Positions 60,796 to 64,000 of a stretch of 64,000 nt of DNA are shown piece after piece. Under the pieces are notes generated by a model. It was given only the letters and a program-made list of their open reading frames with translations. It was not told where the DNA came from and searched no databases. The stretch is from a bacterium. Lineage in GTDB: Bacteria; Zhuqueibacterota; Zhuqueibacteria; Residuimicrobiales; Krinioviventaceae. The stretch lies in the NCBI GenBank assembly GCA_963674595.2, contig CAXXFV010000004.1, positions 1-64,000 on the forward strand, written 5' to 3'. Each line of letters begins with the position of its first letter. Position 1 is the stretch's first letter. Both the position numbers and the translations under genes were made by a program.

Positions 60796-63700
60796 TTATA
60801 TTACCTGCAATTTTAGTGTTTTTATTTCATAGGGATTAATCTGAAACCAAAAACTCTGGTCATTAAATTCTACAGGACCTGTTTCCTCCTCCATCAAATT
60901 ACATTCAATAACCCTGATGATATTTTTAAAACAGTTGATCTTTACCTTTCCCCGTTTGTTATATGTTTCATAAACTCGTATAATAATATTATTATCATCT
61001 TCTGCTTTTTTTATAGTATCAATTATCACATGATCTGTATCAATTTGAAAAAACGAAAAATCTGTAATAGACGGTGTAGCAACGAACTTGACACATTTAA
61101 TTTCATCATTAAATTCATAGGCCATTTTGACAATATGGCCGTCTTTCCAGGAGCCGGTATGAGGCACAAGTGAATAATTAAAATAATGAATACCTATATC
61201 CGCATTGGGGTCGGGAGCGATGCCGGACTTGATCAACGTCAGCCGAATAGTATTTTCATGAATGTCATAACCGTATTTGCAGTCATTTAACAGACTGACG
61301 CCGTATCCTTCCTCTGAAAGGTCCGCCCATTTTTGTGCCGGTACTTCGAATCGGCCATAATCCCAGTTTGTGTTTTTATGGGTGGGACGTTCAATCGTAC
61401 CGAAGGGTATTTCATAAACCGCTTTATTCGAATGAATATCAACCGGAAAAGCAACCTTTAACAAAGTTTGGTGCTGGTTCCAGTTGACAATGGTTTCAAA
61501 ATCAATTCTGGGAATTTTATCATAAATATAAATTCGCTGCGTTATGGTTGAATTTAAAAACGTTCGTTTTACCAGAATTCCGGCACGTACGGGGCCTTCT
61601 TCAATCACTTTGATTTTTGTCAGGTTTAAAATTTCCTGATGTTTTTCATCGTAAAAAATATCAATGTCCCAGGCATTGTTTCGCGCCGGTCTGTCTTCAA
61701 AAAGCTGAAAAACATTGCCGGATTTGCCTGTCTGCAAAACCTGCCGATTTATTCTTTTATCAAAAATTGACGTTATGTTGCCGAAATTATCCAACTGAAT
61801 TTCAAAAAACCGGTTCTCCATTAAATGCTGGGAAATTTTTAAACTTGACAGAGTATCTTTTTTCGTTCCATTTTTTATATAAAATGATTGTATTCCCATA
61901 GCTGGCAGGGACGAAGTATAAAAATAGAAGGTATTTGCATATTTGTCAAATTGCACCGGCAATGAATTACCGGATGTGTCGGTAATATGAAAATCCTCAT
62001 CCTGATTTTCAAACATCGGACACCTAACGATGGCAGCACGGTCCCAGCATAATGAATTAAATGCTGTTAAAACTGTTTTATCAGAAACATGACCTGCTTT
62101 TAAACGCACAATATCCTGCTGCGCTTTTTGTAAAATTTCCTGGCCCTTTGAAAAAATTTGGTTATAGTCAGCATCACAATCTTTATAAACCTGAGGAATT
62201 GATGATCCGGGAAGAATATCATGGAACTGATTAAGCAGCACCAGTTCCCATAAATTATTGATCTCCTGAGGATATTCCACACCGTTTAACAAATTAATAG
62301 CACTGAAAAGCTCTATCTGCCTTAACAACAGTTCAGCTTTACGGTTGGCACGTTTAACAGCGGCCTGGGACGTATAACAGCCCCGGTGAAACTGTAAATA
62401 CAATTCCTCGTTCCATACCGGAAAATTCCCGGCGTTTTCTTCCAGAACATTAAAAAACTCTCTGACAGTCGTATTTTTTTGCTGCGGCAAACATTGAATG
62501 GCTTTTAAACGACGGCTGTTTTCCATCATTTCGGGTACCGGACCACCACCGCCGTCTCCCCACCCGTAGGACATGAGCACATTGTCATTTTGCTGTTTTT
62601 GCCGGTAATTTTCCCAGCAGTTATTCAAATTGTCGGCGCTCAAATCAACGCTGTAATCATTCCATCCACGCGGATCAGGTGTGGTGATAAAATGTGTTAA
62701 TATACGCGAACCATCCACGCCCTGCCACCAAAACGTGTCATAGGGAATTTTTATAAACTGACTCCAGCTCAACTTTGTCGTCATAAAATATTTTATGCCG
62801 GATTTCAGCATAATTTGTGGTAAGGAGTAACAAAAACCGAATGCATCCGGGATCCACATGATTTTGGAATCGATGCCAAACTCTTTTTTAAAATATCGTT
62901 TTCCGAATAAAAACTGGCGAACAAGAGACTCTCCGGACGGTAAATTACAGTCCGGTTCAACCCACATTCCCCCTTCTGCTTCCCACTGCCCGGTTGCTAC
63001 TTTTTTCCTGATTTGATCAAAAATATAGGGATACTGCTGCTGTACGTATTTATAAAGCTGGGGCTGACTCTGGATAAATCGATACTCCGGATAAAGCGAC
63101 ATCAAACGCAAGGCATTTGCAAAAGTACGGGCTGCTTTTTTCTTACTGTGTTTGATCTGCCACATCCAGGCGATATCAATATGGGCATGACCTGTACAAA
63201 AAACAGTCGGCCGATGCAACGTCTTGATGTTTGTTTCAAACACTTTATTTTCGACATATTGGATTGCCTGATCGACAGAGTCTATAAAGACACTATTGCC
63301 TTCGTTTAAAAAATCTACAATTTTCAATGTTTCACGTAATACATTCAACAAAAATGAGTGCTGCGGATTTTCCGGCCGGCAAATTAAAATGGAATCGTAA
63401 ATATTTTTACAATGATAATATAATTTTTCAACATTTTCCCGGACCGCAACCAAATCCACCTGTTCAAAAATATGCTGGTGTTGTTCCAGACCGCTAAAGG
63501 CTTCAACAGCCAGAACATTATGTTCCTCAAGATTATCAATGTCCCATAATGGAATAACATTTCTGCGAACATCAATACTTTGTAATGGCAGGCTGTTTAA
63601 ATAGACCAGCAATTCATATTCCCGTAGATCCCCGCCCTCACTGCTTTTGAAAAAGAAGCGTTTTCCCGGTTGAAGTATTACAGCCGGTTTTCCCGGCATT

Positions 63701-63942
63701 TTATCAGGAATATTGAAACGAATTCGAAACCAACAGGTTTTGTCCTCACCACCCCAGGATTTACCAACAGAAAACGTCTTCCACTGGCTGTCATCATAAT
63801 CAATAGCTTCAGCGCTGTATGTGTTCTCCGGTGAAATGCGAATGTCCGTTAAAGGAGTCTGAACAGTATATATATGCGCTTTTAAACTGTTGATTTTTTT
63901 AGCAATATAATCCAATTCAAGTTTTTTATAGGTATCATCCAT
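60796..63942 (-). CDS. GH38 alpha-mannosidase (cytoplasmic)
   Basis: GHAHIDIAWMW, GGMWVEPD, WIPDAFG, GWGDGGGGP, ELYLQFHRG, LNQFHDILPGS, RFEVPAQKW, LLNDCKYG. Confidence 0.95.
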   Translation of the reverse strand: MDDTYKKLELDYIAKKINSLKAHIYTVQTPLTDIRISPENTYSAEAIDYDDSQWKTFSVGKSWGGEDKTCWFRIRFNIPDKMPGKPAVILQPGKRFFFKSSEGGDLREYELLVYLNSLPLQSIDVRRNVIPLWDIDNLEEHNVLAVEAFSGLEQHQHIFEQVDLVAVRENVEKLYYHCKNIYDSILICRPENPQHSFLLNVLRETLKIVDFLNEGNSVFIDSVDQAIQYVENKVFETNIKTLHRPTVFCTGHAHIDIAWMWQIKHSKKKAARTFANALRLMSLYPEYRFIQSQPQLYKYVQQQYPYIFDQIRKKVATGQWEAEGGMWVEPDCNLPSGESLVRQFLFGKRYFKKEFGIDSKIMWIPDAFGFCYSLPQIMLKSGIKYFMTTKLSWSQFIKIPYDTFWWQGVDGSRILTHFITTPDPRGWNDYSVDLSADNLNNCWENYRQKQQNDNVLMSYGWGDGGGGPVPEMMENSRRLKAIQCLPQQKNTTVREFFNVLEENAGNFPVWNEELYLQFHRGCYTSQAAVKRANRKAELLLRQIELFSAINLLNGVEYPQEINNLWELVLLNQFHDILPGSSIPQVYKDCDADYNQIFSKGQEILQKAQQDIVRLKAGHVSDKTVLTAFNSLCWDRAAIVRCPMFENQDEDFHITDTSGNSLPVQFDKYANTFYFYTSSLPAMGIQSFYIKNGTKKDTLSSLKISQHLMENRFFEIQLDNFGNITSIFDKRINRQVLQTGKSGNVFQLFEDRPARNNAWDIDIFYDEKHQEILNLTKIKVIEEGPVRAGILVKRTFLNSTITQRIYIYDKIPRIDFETIVNWNQHQTLLKVAFPVDIHSNKAVYEIPFGTIERPTHKNTNWDYGRFEVPAQKWADLSEEGYGVSLLNDCKYGYDIHENTIRLTLIKSGIAPDPNADIGIHYFNYSLVPHTGSWKDGHIVKMAYEFNDEIKCVKFVATPSITDFSFFQIDTDHVIIDTIKKAEDDNNIIIRVYETYNKRGKVKINCFKNIIRVIECNLMEEETGPVEFNDQSFWFQINPYEIKTLKLQVI

Positions 63943-64000
63943 GACGATTTTCCTATTTAATACAACTTGTTTTTTTCAATCGGACGGATATTATCAACAA

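Noticed and set aside
1-64000. CRISPR arrays, IS elements, integrases, prophage or defence genes
   Set aside because: No spaced direct-repeat arrays or recombinase/transposase/phage motifs seen; most inverted repeats found fit terminators.

Overview
Gene-dense, AT-rich bacterial chromosome segment with about 48 CDS and 2 tRNAs. No integrase, transposase, CRISPR array or rRNA was seen. Gene content (hybrid two-component system, GH127/GH38/BNR hydrolases, lipoproteins, sigma-54 systems, bshA, serpin) suggests a diderm, probably FCB-superphylum-like heterotroph; this is inference only. Left to right: an HTCS-headed glycan cluster; tRNA-Asp and tRNA-Val; an ECF sigma/anti-sigma/TPR-HEAT operon; a selenoprotein SelD with an in-frame UGA the ORF track missed; archease-rtcB; a single-base-frameshifted gpmI; tkt; a PAS kinase/sigma-54 regulator pair; an HD-GYP protein; a FakA-FakB fusion with plsY and rnz; a plant-arabinokinase-like kinase/IMPase/nucleotidyltransferase operon facing an SDR and flavoprotein; a sigma-54 two-component operon carrying a lipoprotein serpin and two unknown exported proteins; bshA; phoD; a candidate sRNA; asnA; bcp/ferritin-like/larA; transporters; tandem flavodoxins; a GH38 mannosidase. 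The best candidates for undescribed systems are the serpin operon (40642-47045) and the sugar-1-kinase/phosphatase/nucleotidyltransferase locus (32562-39003). All calls come from motif recognition without database searches.
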